Shown here piece by piece: positions 9,562 through 20,701 of a DNA stretch of 38,882 nucleotides. The notes under the pieces were generated by a model. It ran no database searches and was not told the origin of the DNA. It saw nothing but the letters and a program-made list of their open reading frames with translations. Source of the stretch: Thermodesulfovibrionales bacterium (GTDB lineage Bacteria; Nitrospirota; Thermodesulfovibrionia; Thermodesulfovibrionales; SM23-35); assembly GCA_963715195.1 (NCBI GenBank), contig CAVQRT010000026.1, positions 1-38,882 of the forward strand. Direction: 5' to 3'. Each line of letters begins with the position of its first letter. Position 1 is the stretch's first letter. Position numbers and translations under genes: made by a program.

Positions 9562-11441
9562 TCATATTTGAGTAGATTTGCACCATGTCTCCCAAATCTC
9601 ACGGTAACATTTTTCTAAATTAGCAGTAAATCGTTTCGCATCAGTTAGTGGTGAGTGTGCCATTCTGTCTCTCAAACTTACACGTAAAATGCTTAATTTT
9701 TCAATGTCGGTTGCAAGACTAACAGCTAATTCAATGTATTCATCAGGTGTTTTGGCAACGAGCTCAGTGAAGACCGACATTCGACAAAAGACTTATTCCG
9801 ACACGTGAATGATAGGCAGTGCCTGCAAGAGTTATAACAGGCACTCCCATCCACATCGCTTCGCATGTCGTTGTTGCTCCATTGAACGGGAATGTATCCA
9901 AACCTATATCGACAAGGTTGTATGATTCCAGATGCTTTGGTGATGGATCCGATGAGGTTGCAATATAATTCGTTCTGCAGCAATACCTCTCTGTGTAAAC
10001 ATATCCATTGCATATTCACAAGTTGTTCTATCATAAAAACTCTTTCCCTTTATGATCAAACGTGAGTCTGGTACTTCATTTCAAAATCCTTGCCCACAGG
10101 GTAAAAACTTCAGAGGTTACTTTGGCGAAATTGTTAAATGAACCAAAGGTTATATGCCCTGTTGATAGGGCTGGAAGCTGCCAACCTCAGGGCTATCTCT
10201 ATCAGGCAGATAACAAAGAAAACTCTCAGGCAATCGTATCAGTTTTTCGGTATAGAATTGCTCGGTCTTTCCGATAGGATCAGTATAGATTATCAGCGAT
10301 TTTATAATCCATGGTTGACAGACCCGTGGTCGCAAGATACCCTATCCAGCTTATTTGAATCGGAGCTGGCTTTCGAGCAAATACTAATATTCGATTGTTT
10401 GCTGTATGTCCTGCTAAATCTACAAGTATATCAATTTTGTCTTTTCTGTATTAGTTCTGCAACCTCCTCATCAGATATTCCTGCAATGTTACGCCATTGA
10501 TCTGCATATCTCTTGAATACGTTTTGTTACTTCATCATGTTTGAAACTGTTTGAATAACAAAATACTTCAAAGTGTTCACGGTTGTGTGCAATTATCACT
10601 GGTTCAATAAAATATGCAACTGCATGTCTTCTGAAATCAGGGGAAACATAACCAATTTTTAGCCGGCGGTAGGGACTGTACGGTCATTTATGTTAGAGGG
10701 ACATTTAGAAAATAGGGGTTCTTCAAATTGTTTAGCAAATTCTAAATGCTCAGAGAAAATAGTTTGTGCATTATGTTTGGGATAATAACTTAACAACACT
10801 AAAAAAGCCTGATATAGTTTTAATTCATCAGGTTTTATTTGAATAGCACACTTGAAACATGTTTCAGCCTCTTCATGTAATCCCTGAGTCATTAAAATGT
10901 TCCCAAGGATATAATAGGCAATAACGTCAGATGGATTGATTTTTAATATATTTTGGCATATCTTCATAGCCTCACCCAATCGCCATGTTTTGACAAGAAC
11001 TGCGGCTAAACTATGATATGCCCGAACAAAATTAGGATCAATCTGAATGGTTTTTTGAAAATAAGCTATGGCATCATCAAGTTGCCCCTTTTTTTGTAAA
11101 ATATCACCTAAGTTGAAATGTGCTTCTGCTGAATTAGGCTTACTTTGTATGAATTTTGTATAGGCCTCAATTGCGTCATCGACTAACCCTTTTTGTTGCA
11201 AAGCCATACCAAGAGTAAAATACGCATCAGAATTGCTTGAATTAAGATGAATTGATCTTTTCATATGGTTTATTGCTAAATCGTAATTTTCTAATTGTGC
11301 ATTTATAATCCCGAGTAAGTACAAAATATCTGGATCATCTGGTTGTTTTCCAAGTGCTTCTTTGCAAAATTGCTCCGCTTGCTGCAAATTACCAGATTGA
11401 TAATGCTGAACAGCTAATTGGATCATTGTATTAATATGCAT
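9562..11441 (-). CDS. TPR-containing O-GlcNAc transferase-like protein (SPINDLY/GT41), several frameshifts
   Basis: TPR repeats in 10659-11441. Further fragments [71 protein letters not shown]. Confidence 0.88.
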
Positions 11442-11553
11442 TTTTTTAGTAGGTAAGAATAAAGATTATTAATAGAAATATACAATATTTTAGCAAACTT
11501 ATTCCTTGAATATTATAAGATTATAGGAAGTAGTGAGCGAAGTATAGAATCCT

Positions 11554-11721
11554 TCTGAAGTGCGGACTACTTCTATGAATCAATAGGAGTTAGACTTTTC
11601 TGATTTGTTTGTTACTATGTGTAGCAAACAATTTTAAGATTTTTGAGATTTGAAATCCTTGTTTTGCGAACTTCTTCAATAAATACGCATTTAGGAATGC
11701 TCTCAAAAACTGCGGAGTACA
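11554..11721 (-). repeat. Copy B of the module-boundary repeat
   Basis: Block 11615-11680 is 58/66 identical to 22190-22255. 44-nt spacer, then GTGCGGACTAC at 11560-11570. TCTGAAGTGCGGACT at 11554-11568 is identical to 5176-5190. Confidence 0.85.
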
Positions 11722-11830
11722 TCAGCAAACACTCATATTTACATGCTCTGCGCAGTGTGGACTTGTAGGTAGACTTCCCCTGAATTGATGGACACTCCTA
11801 ATAGTTAGTATCATTTGATAGGAGGTGTTC

Positions 11831-12133
11831 ATGGCAAAAGAGAGCAACCGCCGTCATTTCACAACAGAGTATAAGAAGAACGCAGTGAAACTGGTAACCG
11901 AAAAGGGGTTGCCGGTAGGCAAAGTAGCCCGTGATCTTGATATTCATCCACAACTCCTACATCAATGGAGAAAGAAGTACTTTCAAAAGGGCGAAGCTGC
12001 TTTTGTAGGGAAAGGGAATCCAAAGCCAGAGGATGCAGAAATGAAGAGAGTATTGAAGAAACTGGCAGAGGTTGAAGAGGAGCGTGACATTTTAAAAAAA
12101 GCGTTGGCCGTCTTCTCCAAACAGCAAGGATGA
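11831..12133 (+). CDS. IS3 transposase OrfA
   Basis: RRHFTTEYKKNAV..VARDLDI..LHQW HTH; EERDILKKALAVF. Confidence 0.92.
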   Translation: MAKESNRRHFTTEYKKNAVKLVTEKGLPVGKVARDLDIHPQLLHQWRKKYFQKGEAAFVGKGNPKPEDAEMKRVLKKLAEVEEERDILKKALAVFSKQQG

Positions 12134-12985
12134 AGTATCTGTTCATGGAGGAATACAGAGGAGTATTTAGGCTGAAGAGGATGTCCAAGGTCTTGAAAGT
12201 ATCTCGAAGTGGGTATTATGCATGGAGAAAGCGGAGGCCGAGCAGGCGAGAAGAAGCCAACAAAGGGCTTTTAGAACGCATTCGGGAGGTTTACAGAGAC
12301 AGCCGTAAGACCTATGGGAGTCCACGGATTACAGATGCGCTCAATGAACAGGGGATAGTATGTGGCAAGAACCGAGTCGCCAGGATCATGAGAGACAGCG
12401 GTATTCGGGTAAAGATGAAGAAGAGGTTCAAAAAGACAACAGATTCAGCACATGGGTATCCTGTAGCTCCGAATCTTCTCATGGAGAACAAGCAGACAGA
12501 ACGTTTATGGGTATCCGATATCACATTTATTCGTACTCGTGAGGGATGGCTGTATCTTTCAGCGGTTATGAATGTAGAAACGAGGAAGATCGTGGGATTT
12601 TCCATGAGAGATGAATTGTCGCAGGAGCTGGTTATGGCAGCATTGAGGCAGGCGATAGAGAGTTAGTCCACCTGAAGAAGGACTGATCCATCATTCTGAT
12701 CGAGGCAGGCAGTATGCGACATATGCGTATCAGGGACTTCTTCAGAAACATAATATCCTCTCCAGTATGAGCAGAAAGGGGCGTTGTTATGATAATGCAT
12801 ATATGGAATCGTTCTTTGCGACACTGAAGAAGGATTTAGTGCACGGTGAGAAGTACCAGACACGGCAAGAGGCAAGCTTAAGCATATTTGAGTATGTAGA
12901 AGTGTTTTATAATCGTATCAGAAAGCATTCGGCATTAGGGTATAAGAGTCCTGTACAATATGAAAAGGCTCTTAGTGTAACTTAA
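12130..12985 (+). CDS. IS3 transposase OrfB (DDE), broken near 12660-12770
   Basis: [53 protein letters not shown]. Confidence 0.9.
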
Positions 12986-13027
12986 TTCGGTGTCCACTTT
13001 TTCGAGGGAAGTCCAGGTAGAACTATA

Positions 13028-13064
13028 TAAAGAAGGGGCAAGTGATTAATTTGCCCCTTCTTTA
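13028..13064. terminator. Bidirectional Rho-independent terminator
   Basis: TAAAGAAGGGGCAA/TTGCCCCTTCTTTA stem just after the 13078 stop. Confidence 0.8.
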
Positions 13065-13077
13065 TTATTCTACAATT

Positions 13078-14244
13078 CTAAAATGCCGCGGCAATCTGAA
13101 TGGTGAATCTATTGTCTCTTGTAACTCCACTCGGTTTATCTGTCTGCGTCCAGTACTCTGCGAAACCTTTAATATTTTGCGTAAAGTAGAAAGTTACGTT
13201 TAGAGTGAGTTCATCATACTCATCTTCTCCATCTTTTTCTTCATAGCTATCAAAGCGAATTGCAGGCACTACAAGAGGTCTAGCATCTTTTTGAAATACA
13301 TAGAACGCTTGCAAATACCAGGCATTGTTTTGTTCATTTCCTCGTTCTTCTTTGTCGTCTTTTGCTTGAAGATATGCCCCTGTAACCCTCATATTATAAA
13401 AATCAGCCTGCACATCAAACCCGTAGCGGCTAAAATCACGTTCTGTATCATTTTCATTGTCATCCCACTCGCCAATCATACCGAATGCACCTATAGTTGC
13501 TTCTGGTATTATGTCAAAAGCAAGTCTTGCGTGAAGATTATTCGCATTCTCTCCCCTCTGAATCATCTGCCACACCACTATAACCAATACTGTAGAACAA
13601 CTGTTCTACAGGTCTTCCGTAAAGGGAAATTAATTGACGTGAATCTCCAAGAGTGCCGTCATTATCTGCCCCCCAAATACTTGATCAATTGGTGAGTATG
13701 AACCACGAGTAAGCCTACGATGTGGGGCAAACGTATCATAGGGGTCAGCCCATAACAGTGACGTATACCCAAGCTGTATATTGAGAAATTGAAAAGGATG
13801 GTATCCGAAAACACCAATTGGTATTTCAGGATCAAAATCTTCCTCATCTTCCGCTTCAATTTCTATAAATCCTGACACATTTTTATACAGTACGCCTGCA
13901 ACCATAAGTTCCACTTCATGAAGAGCTCTCACTTTTCTCACATCAGATCTTTTGTCATCGTAAGGTCGAGAGACAATAACCGCTGTAATAGGGACATGCT
14001 TATCCCACTGAAGGAAATCTGAGATAACCTCTTGGCTTTCTTCGTTAAAAGACAACTTATATCCGTTTTCCTTGAAATTCCTTCCCACTTTATTCAACTG
14101 TGGCCATGCAACATGGCACATATTGCAATCTGCCTGATACTTTCTTGCAAAGGCAGGAATCGCATCTGATACTTGTGGGAATACAGATACAAACAAACAT
14201 ACCAAAAAACAGACTGCGATGGATGTTATAACAAACTGTTTCAT
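13078..14244 (-). CDS. Cyc2-like monoheme cytochrome c-porin fusion (frameshift near 13660)
   Basis: Signal peptide, then AIPAFARKYQADCNMCHVAWPQLNKVGRNFKENGY (Cyc2-type N-terminus with CxxCH). Beta-barrel C-terminus ends NRFTIQIAAAF. Confidence 0.8.
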
Positions 14245-14347
14245 AATCTTTACCCCCTTTTTTCATCGACAATAGCAGTTTCGATGATAGATTTTGATAC
14301 AAAATCATAAATGATGAGCCCTGTAGTCTGTATGCGATTTAACAAAA

Positions 14348-16694
14348 TCAGAAAGAAACCCGTATCCCCCCTCCCCACCGAAACTCTGAATGCCACTGGG
14401 CAATAATGTCAAAGTGCTTGCTGACTGTATATGATGCCCCTACCGCACCCTCCCACATATCATGGGTGTCGTATTCTGTCTCGCCAAACAGTACCCAACG
14501 GGGTGTCAACTCAAACTCTTTGGCAAAGTTGAAACGTGCACCGCTGTCAGAATCCACCCAGATACGAGACTCGATATTGAGCGGGAGAAGGTAATGAAAG
14601 CCGAGTACCGCACGAATGTCTTCTTTCTGATTTCCTTCGCCCAATAAATCACCGCCGGCAAAGATACTGAAAAACCGGTTGAGATAACGTTCCCAGGTAA
14701 AAATAAATTCCCATTCCGTTTCATGCACATTCTGCCAGCCTACTTTCCATTCTGCAGCAAGAATGTTCCTGCTGTTTGAGATTTCAAAAGATCCCTCGGT
14801 CATATTGCTCAGAATTTCAGCTTCTGTCAGAAAATACCATGGATCGCGATAAAGCAGAGGCCGTACCTCGGCAAGTTCTTTGTCGATGGTGTATCCGTCA
14901 TAGTGGATAAGACGTGCCATGCCGCTTTTCATGTGATACAGCAGATGACAATGAAAGAACCAGTCGCCAAACTCATTCGCATCAAATTCGATCACTGTCG
15001 TCGACATCGGGGGAACATCCACGGTATGTTTGAGGGGAGCATAGTCGCCTTGCCCGTTGAGAACCCGGAAAAAATGGCCGTGCAGATGCATCGGATGATG
15101 CATCATTGTACGGTTAATCATAATGAAACGGACAATCTCTCCTTTTTTGATAAGTATGGAATCACTCTCTGAAAGGGGCTTGTTATTTAAAAACCACACA
15201 TAACGCTCCATATCTCCATCGAGTGTAAGGCGTATGATCCGTACCGGGCTTGTCTTCTTCAAAGCTTGTTGGTTTGACAGCCCGAAGTTTCTCATAAGGG
15301 TCCCAGGGCCTGCGTGGATCAATACCGTCAAGTGCAAGATTATGAGAGGATGATATATCTTCACCAAGCAGGCTGAAGCCTGAAGGCTGGTCTTCGCTGG
15401 TCATTTTCATATCTGATGTCATTTCGGACCCATGGTTAGCGTGACTCATGGTTCCGTTGGAATGGGATTTGTGATTCATCTCTGTTTTGGGAACCGTTGA
15501 ATGATCCATCTGCATGGTGTGATCATCTCCGTTCATTTCATGCATAGAACCCATTCCCATCATGCCAGGCTTATCAAACTTGCCTGCCTCAACCTGACTA
15601 TCCGACATGCCCATGCTGCCCGCAGGGGTAAGGGCAAAAAACTGCTTCAAGTGTAAGCCTCCCATAGTATGATAGAGGTTCGGCTTTGGCACATCAGGCA
15701 CATAATGTTTTTTCCCAGATCCGACCCATACAGATGCGTAGCCTGAACCATCATGAGCTGTTGCCCTGAGTTCATAAGACCCGGATGCGGGGACATGAAG
15801 TATTACGTCATATGTTTCAGCGACAGCAAGGAGAAAACGATCTGCCTTGACCGGTTCAACACGCAGTCCGTCTGCAGAAATAATGGTCACAGGCCCGCCA
15901 GCAAATTCTATATGGAAGTACGTGGTGGCAGAGCTGTCGATAAGGCGAAGCCTTATCTTTTCTCCTGGATTCGCTTCCAGTGATATTGCTGGGCTTCCAT
16001 TGGCTAGAAAACGGTCATATGCAACATCTGCAATATCCATAGGGGGCATTCGTTGAAGTTCACGCTGGAAATAGTCACCGAGCATCCCAAGTCGTGCAGC
16101 ACCAAAAATACTCTGTCCGCTGTGCTTTTGAATCGCATACCACTCGCTTCCTCGTTTTAGCGTCCTTAACACTTCATGGGGATCTTCATCTGTCCAATCG
16201 GAAAAAAGTACTACATAGTCTTTGTCGGTTTTTACCTTGTTGTTTTGTGGTTCAATGACAATAGCTCCGTATACCCCGCTCTGTTCCTGCAGATTTGTGT
16301 GGGAATGATACCAGTATGTACCGCTCTGGCGAATAGAAAACTCATAGGTAAATGTTTTGCCCGACTGGATTGGAGGAAAACTGATAAGAGGAACCCCGTC
16401 CATGCCAGGGGGGACAAGAATACCATGCCAGTGGATTGAGGTCTCCACATCCATCTCGTTGTGGACATGGATGCGTGCGGTATCTCCTTCTGTGAAGCGG
16501 AGCGTAGGGCCGGGAATCCTTCCGTTTATCGTCATTCCCAAGCTTGGCTTTGATGTGATGTGAATTTGTTTCTGTTCAATCGTCAGGTCATACTCGACCG
16601 TTGCAGCATGCACTACTCCAAGAAAACAGAAGGCTACAAGCCCCAAGCTAAGAACAGAAAATGCAATCTTCCTCAATAAATGATCATTTTCCAC
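14348..16694 (-). CDS. CopA-type multicopper oxidase with Met/His-rich linker fused to a C-terminal CopB-like beta-barrel (frameshift near 15260)
   Basis: HWHG, YWYHSH, HPMHLHGH, HCHLLYHM Cu motifs. C-terminal amphipathic strands end GGGIRVSF. Confidence 0.9.
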
Positions 16695-17110
16695 TATTTC
16701 ATCTGCATCATCATATCAAGGGACTTATCCATTTCCATCATCTGTTTTCTCATATCATTCATATCTTCCTGAGTAGCCTTGCCTTCCTTCATCATGCTTG
16801 ACATGTCCATCATCTGCTCTGACATATGTTCCATAATTCCGGACATTTCATGCATCTGCGACATATTCATGCCTTTCCCCATCATCTTCGACATACCCTG
16901 CATCATTCCCGACATCTGGTCCATGTTCTGCATCATAGGTGTCATCATTCCCTGCCCCATCATCATGCCTTGACCCATCATCTGCTGTTCGCCCATCATG
17001 TCACTTCCCATATGTCCTTTGCCTTCCATCATGTCCCCGCCCATTTGTGCAAAGCTATAGGAAAATAGCACAATGGTGAGCAGGCTGGTTATGAAGAGTA
17101 CTTTTTTCAT
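16694..17110 (-). CDS. Secreted Met-rich protein, probably metal (Cu) binding
   Basis: Signal peptide (..SYSFA) and a very Met-rich mature region. Stop overlaps the oxidase GTG start. GGAGG RBS. Confidence 0.8.
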   Translation of the reverse strand: MKKVLFITSLLTIVLFSYSFAQMGGDMMEGKGHMGSDMMGEQQMMGQGMMMGQGMMTPMMQNMDQMSGMMQGMSKMMGKGMNMSQMHEMSGIMEHMSEQMMDMSSMMKEGKATQEDMNDMRKQMMEMDKSLDMMMQMK

Positions 17111-17183
17111 CTAATCCTCCTGTACAGTTGATTGTTTATAATTCTCTGCCCGTGAATGGGGATGCCCCACTTTTAAATATTTA

Positions 17184-17199
17184 TGCAAAAGAGATGCCA
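17184..17199 (-). promoter_or_regulatory. sigma54 promoter of the Met-rich/oxidase/Cyc2-like operon
   Basis: Minus strand TGGCATC-TCTT-TTGCA. IHF-like AAACAATAACTTA adjacent. Near-palindrome CGGGCAATTTGTCCG near 17253. Confidence 0.7.
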
Positions 17200-17466
17200 A
17201 GATATAAGTTATTGTTTTATTTATATATTGACCAAGAGGACTCGAAGATTTTCGGGCAATTTGTCCGTGAATAAGCTGTTTTTGCCAAAATATGTATTAA
17301 CGAGTTTATCGTTGTACTTCGCAACTTACAAGGGTTCACAATGGTGCACAGTTCAGGCAGGAATAAACAGTAGGTTAAAATTATGAACAGTGTGAACTTC
17401 TATGTGAAGGTTGCAAGAGAGACTTAATCTGACATGTCTGTAAAGTGAAATCTTATCTATTCCAAT

Positions 17467-18033
17467 TTACCGATGGCAACGATTCCCATCAAGGATATGT
17501 TCCAAAACCTCGTTCAAATTCGCAAACAATTTCACTCCATTATCTGAATATCCTCTATTCCATGGGAATAATAACCCTGAAGCCCTTATTCCACTTTCAG
17601 CCGCCTTCTCCAGGACATGTGGGGAATCGTCAACCACAACATCAACGGATATATTAAATAGGTGCGTCTTGTGGAAAGACAGGTGCAAATCATCGTATAA
17701 AAGCCTGTGCTTCTTGAGCCACTTCTCAGTTTGTTTCTTATGGGTAGGATCCCTATGACTTGCTATTGTTATGTGGTACCCGTTCTCCTTAAGTGAAGAG
17801 AGAAAGTTTTGAGCCTCGGGATATGGCTTATGCCTTTCATGGTCCTGAACAAGATGAACAGCGTTCACTGCACCAAGAAAATCATCTATGGAACAGTGCT
17901 CCTGCCATATGTCCCAATGTGTCCAAGTGTCGGGAGGCGGAAATCCCCTATTTATCCTCCTGAGCTGCTCATATAGAGCATCACAGAAATGCCAGAGGGT
18001 ATTATCAATGTCAATGATTGCTTTTTTACGCAT
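17467..18033 (-). CDS. HAD-family 5'(3')-deoxyribonucleotidase-like protein
   Basis: IIDIDNTL motif I; KPYPEA; VVVDDSP; PWNR. Confidence 0.8.
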   Translation of the reverse strand: MRKKAIIDIDNTLWHFCDALYEQLRRINRGFPPPDTWTHWDIWQEHCSIDDFLGAVNAVHLVQDHERHKPYPEAQNFLSSLKENGYHITIASHRDPTHKKQTEKWLKKHRLLYDDLHLSFHKTHLFNISVDVVVDDSPHVLEKAAESGIRASGLLFPWNRGYSDNGVKLFANLNEVLEHILDGNRCHR

Positions 18034-18059
18034 TTGATTCTGCTGTTTTAAGTGAGGAA

Positions 18060-18269
18060 TTATTCTTCTTCAGGTTCTATATCAACTAATATTTTTTCAA
18101 CTTCTTTCTGTGTATTTCTCAGTCTGTCTTTACAGTACTTTATCAGTTCTGATGCCCTTTTAACTTTTGCGGCCAGAACATCAACATCAATCTCACCCGA
18201 TTCTATGTCTTGGACAATTGATTCAAGCTCTGTAATTGCTGTTGTATAAGTTAATTTACTCTTTGACAT
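18060..18269 (-). CDS. xseB: Exodeoxyribonuclease VII small subunit
   Basis: YTTAITELESIVQDIESGEIDVD..VKRASELIKYC; overlaps xseA. Confidence 0.93.
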   Translation of the reverse strand: MSKSKLTYTTAITELESIVQDIESGEIDVDVLAAKVKRASELIKYCKDRLRNTQKEVEKILVDIEPEEE

Positions 18270-19596
18270 CCATTGCCTCCACTTTGCTTTTAACGCTTCC
18301 TCTAAAAAACTTAGTTCTTATTATATTCCCTTTTTGCAGCTCATTGCGGTCTTTGATTGCTTTTTCGTGTAAATAGGTAATGCTAAAGCCTCTTTTAAGA
18401 ACATTGACGGGATCAAGAAGCCTTATCGCTTGTTCGAAATTCCCTATCTTGCTTTCATGTCCCTGGAACAGTATTTTTACCCCACTCATAAGCTTGTTCA
18501 CATCGAGCGTTAGTTTATTATTATCCCCATCAACTATCTGTGTTGAACCATGAATCAATCTGTGCAAAACCGATTCTGTCCTTTTAGTCTCACCATGAAG
18601 CCTGTCTTTGACCATATGTTGCAATGTTTGTGTCAGATACTGCAGACTGTAACCTTCTTCTCTCAGGAATTCTTTTGCCCGCTCTGTTAATGTGCTCTGT
18701 GCATCCAAAAGTCTTTCTTCGAAAATGCTCATCCCCGACAAAAGGAAATCGGCTACAGCAGTAGGTGTTTTCAGTTTTGTGTGAGACACCATGTCCACTA
18801 CTGTATCATCCCTCTCATGTCCGATTCCTGTTATGACAGGCAGAGGGAATTTGGCAACCTCAACAGCAAGACGATATGTATCGAAACAGCTTAAATCAAC
18901 CTGTGAGCCTCCGCCTCTGATGATTACCACAGCGTCATAAAGGGTCTTTTGCCTTCTTACGTGGGCCAAAGAGGACAGGATAGATACCTCGGCCTCCTGC
19001 CCCTGCATTAGAGCCTGATGAAGTGTATGGAAGATTTTGTATCCGTAAGGATTATCATCAATATGGTCAATGAAGTCTCCGTATCCTGCTGCCGTTTTCG
19101 ATGATATAATCGCAATCCTCTGGGGAACCAACGGCAAGGGGATCTGTTTGTTGAGGTCGATAAAACCTTCTTTTGTTAATCTCTCTATAACCTCTCTTTT
19201 TTTCTTTGCCATTTCCCCGAGTGAATAAGTAGGATCTATGTCTTTTACATTCAAACTCAGCCCATAGACTTCATGAAAAGTAACATTTACTTGAAGCAAT
19301 ACTTTCATGCCTTGCTTCAAGGTCTCTTCTGTTGCTTCCTTAAATTTTGATGAAAGATTCCTGAATGTGTAAGCCCAGATGTTGGCTCTAATTTGGGCAA
19401 TGGTTTTCTCTTCCTCTCTTTCCACGAGTTCAAGATAGCAATGTCCCTTGGAATTACATCGGATTTCGGATATTTCCGAAATGACCCATATAGATTCAGG
19501 AAAGGCAATTTCTAAGGTTGCCTTAATAGCCGTGTTTAATTCAGACAGCGTTAATACTGGCATACTTGAGTATACTTCTGCTTGTGCTTGTTTCAT
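18256..19596 (-). CDS. xseA: Exodeoxyribonuclease VII large subunit (alternative start 19563)
   Basis: GHCYLEL, IIRGGGS, PVITGIGHERD, KTPTAVA, LDPVNVLKRGFS. Confidence 0.95.
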   Translation of the reverse strand: MKQAQAEVYSSMPVLTLSELNTAIKATLEIAFPESIWVISEISEIRCNSKGHCYLELVEREEEKTIAQIRANIWAYTFRNLSSKFKEATEETLKQGMKVLLQVNVTFHEVYGLSLNVKDIDPTYSLGEMAKKKREVIERLTKEGFIDLNKQIPLPLVPQRIAIISSKTAAGYGDFIDHIDDNPYGYKIFHTLHQALMQGQEAEVSILSSLAHVRRQKTLYDAVVIIRGGGSQVDLSCFDTYRLAVEVAKFPLPVITGIGHERDDTVVDMVSHTKLKTPTAVADFLLSGMSIFEERLLDAQSTLTERAKEFLREEGYSLQYLTQTLQHMVKDRLHGETKRTESVLHRLIHGSTQIVDGDNNKLTLDVNKLMSGVKILFQGHESKIGNFEQAIRLLDPVNVLKRGFSITYLHEKAIKDRNELQKGNIIRTKFFRGSVKSKVEAMDVKE

Positions 19597-19887
19597 TACG
19601 GTTTTTCCTCAAGGGAATCAACAATCCAAGGGAGGGGGTGGTGATTAGATTTATTTTGCTTGTTTAAATACAGGGTCATATAGAATTTTACTGTATTGTG
19701 TTATTTTGTGTCTCCAGGAAAGTAAGGGCTTGACGATATCAAGCCCCATTTTTCCCCACAAAACACAAAAATCGTAATTCTGGTTAATACATCATGATGT
19801 CCTGTGAAAGTGAATCAAGTGACAGATATTTTCATGTTCCCTACTTAACTCTTGTAATCTATTTCTTCACTATGCAAGTATATATCG

Positions 19888-20649
19888 GTGATTGCAATTT
19901 CCCTTCAATCAGGCAGCAACGGCAACTGTACTTATGTTGAAACAAATGGCATAAGGTTGCTTTTTGACGCAGGTATTTGTGGCATCAGAGCAGCATCCAG
20001 ACTTGCAGCATATGCACGTGATATCAGGGAAGTCGATGCGTTAATAATCTCACATGATCATTCTGACCACATCAATTACGCTGGTGTGTATCAAAGAAAA
20101 TATGGGCTGCCTATTTATACCACTCAAAAAACACTGTGCAAAGTTGAAAGAAAAAACAGACTTGGCAAGTTAAATAATGTGAACTGCTTCCTGTCAGGAG
20201 AAATATTGCAATTCGGAAAGGTATCGGTTCATACAATACCGACACCACATGATTGCGCAGACGGAGTGGCCTTTGTAATATCTTCCGGGGGGAAAAAGCT
20301 CGGCATACTAACTGACCTTGGTCATCTGTTTAAGGAACTGTTTTCCGTCATTGCCTCTCTTGATGCTATTTTTATCGAAAGCAATTACGATCCGGTAATG
20401 CTTTCAAGTGGGCCATATCCTGCCTTCCTTAAAAAACGCATTCAAGGGCCCAAAGGACATATTTCTAATATAGAGTCAGCAGAATTGCTTCAGTCCGGCA
20501 CGAAACTAAAATGGGCTTGTCTGGCACATCTTTCTGAAGCTAACAACAATCCTGATGTTGCCCTAAAGACACACCATAAGATTGTGGATCGCAGGTTCTC
20601 TTTTTATACTGCCAGCCGCTATATGTCATCAGGGATATTGACTGTTTAA
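19888..20649 (+). CDS. MBL-fold hydrolase, YycJ/WalJ-like exonuclease
   Basis: SGSNGN, ISHDHSDH, PHD, TDLG, IESNYD, GHISN, LAHLSEANN. Confidence 0.85.
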   Translation: MIAISLQSGSNGNCTYVETNGIRLLFDAGICGIRAASRLAAYARDIREVDALIISHDHSDHINYAGVYQRKYGLPIYTTQKTLCKVERKNRLGKLNNVNCFLSGEILQFGKVSVHTIPTPHDCADGVAFVISSGGKKLGILTDLGHLFKELFSVIASLDAIFIESNYDPVMLSSGPYPAFLKKRIQGPKGHISNIESAELLQSGTKLKWACLAHLSEANNNPDVALKTHHKIVDRRFSFYTASRYMSSGILTV

Positions 20650-20701
20650 CACTATTGAGATTTTTTTAAAAAGCGAGGACTACTGGTAGAAATATGCAAA
20701 T

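Larger units (their letters stand above)
11770..13015 (+). mobile_element. IS3-family insertion sequence
   Basis: IRL TAGACTTCCCCTGAATTGATGGACAC and IRR GTGTCCACTTTTTCGAGGGAAGTCCA; orfA/orfB arrangement; A7G slippery site at 12094-12101. Confidence 0.93.

Noticed and set aside
11615..11722. Repeat block as a small ORF (MYSAVFESIPKCVFIEEVRKTRISNLKNLKIVCYT*)
   Set aside because: Frame is shared by B and C, but copy A has a 2-nt shift, D stops early and C lacks a start. Not supported, though a decayed coding origin is not excluded.
11765..13020. IS3 target-site duplication
   Set aside because: Flanks AGG and GGT give no convincing 3-4-bp duplication.
16694..17110. ATG/CAT-rich stretch as a DNA tandem repeat
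   Set aside because: Explained by the Met-rich protein sequence.
18060..19596. xseAB as part of a retron system
   Set aside because: No reverse transcriptase or msr/msd structure seen in the window.
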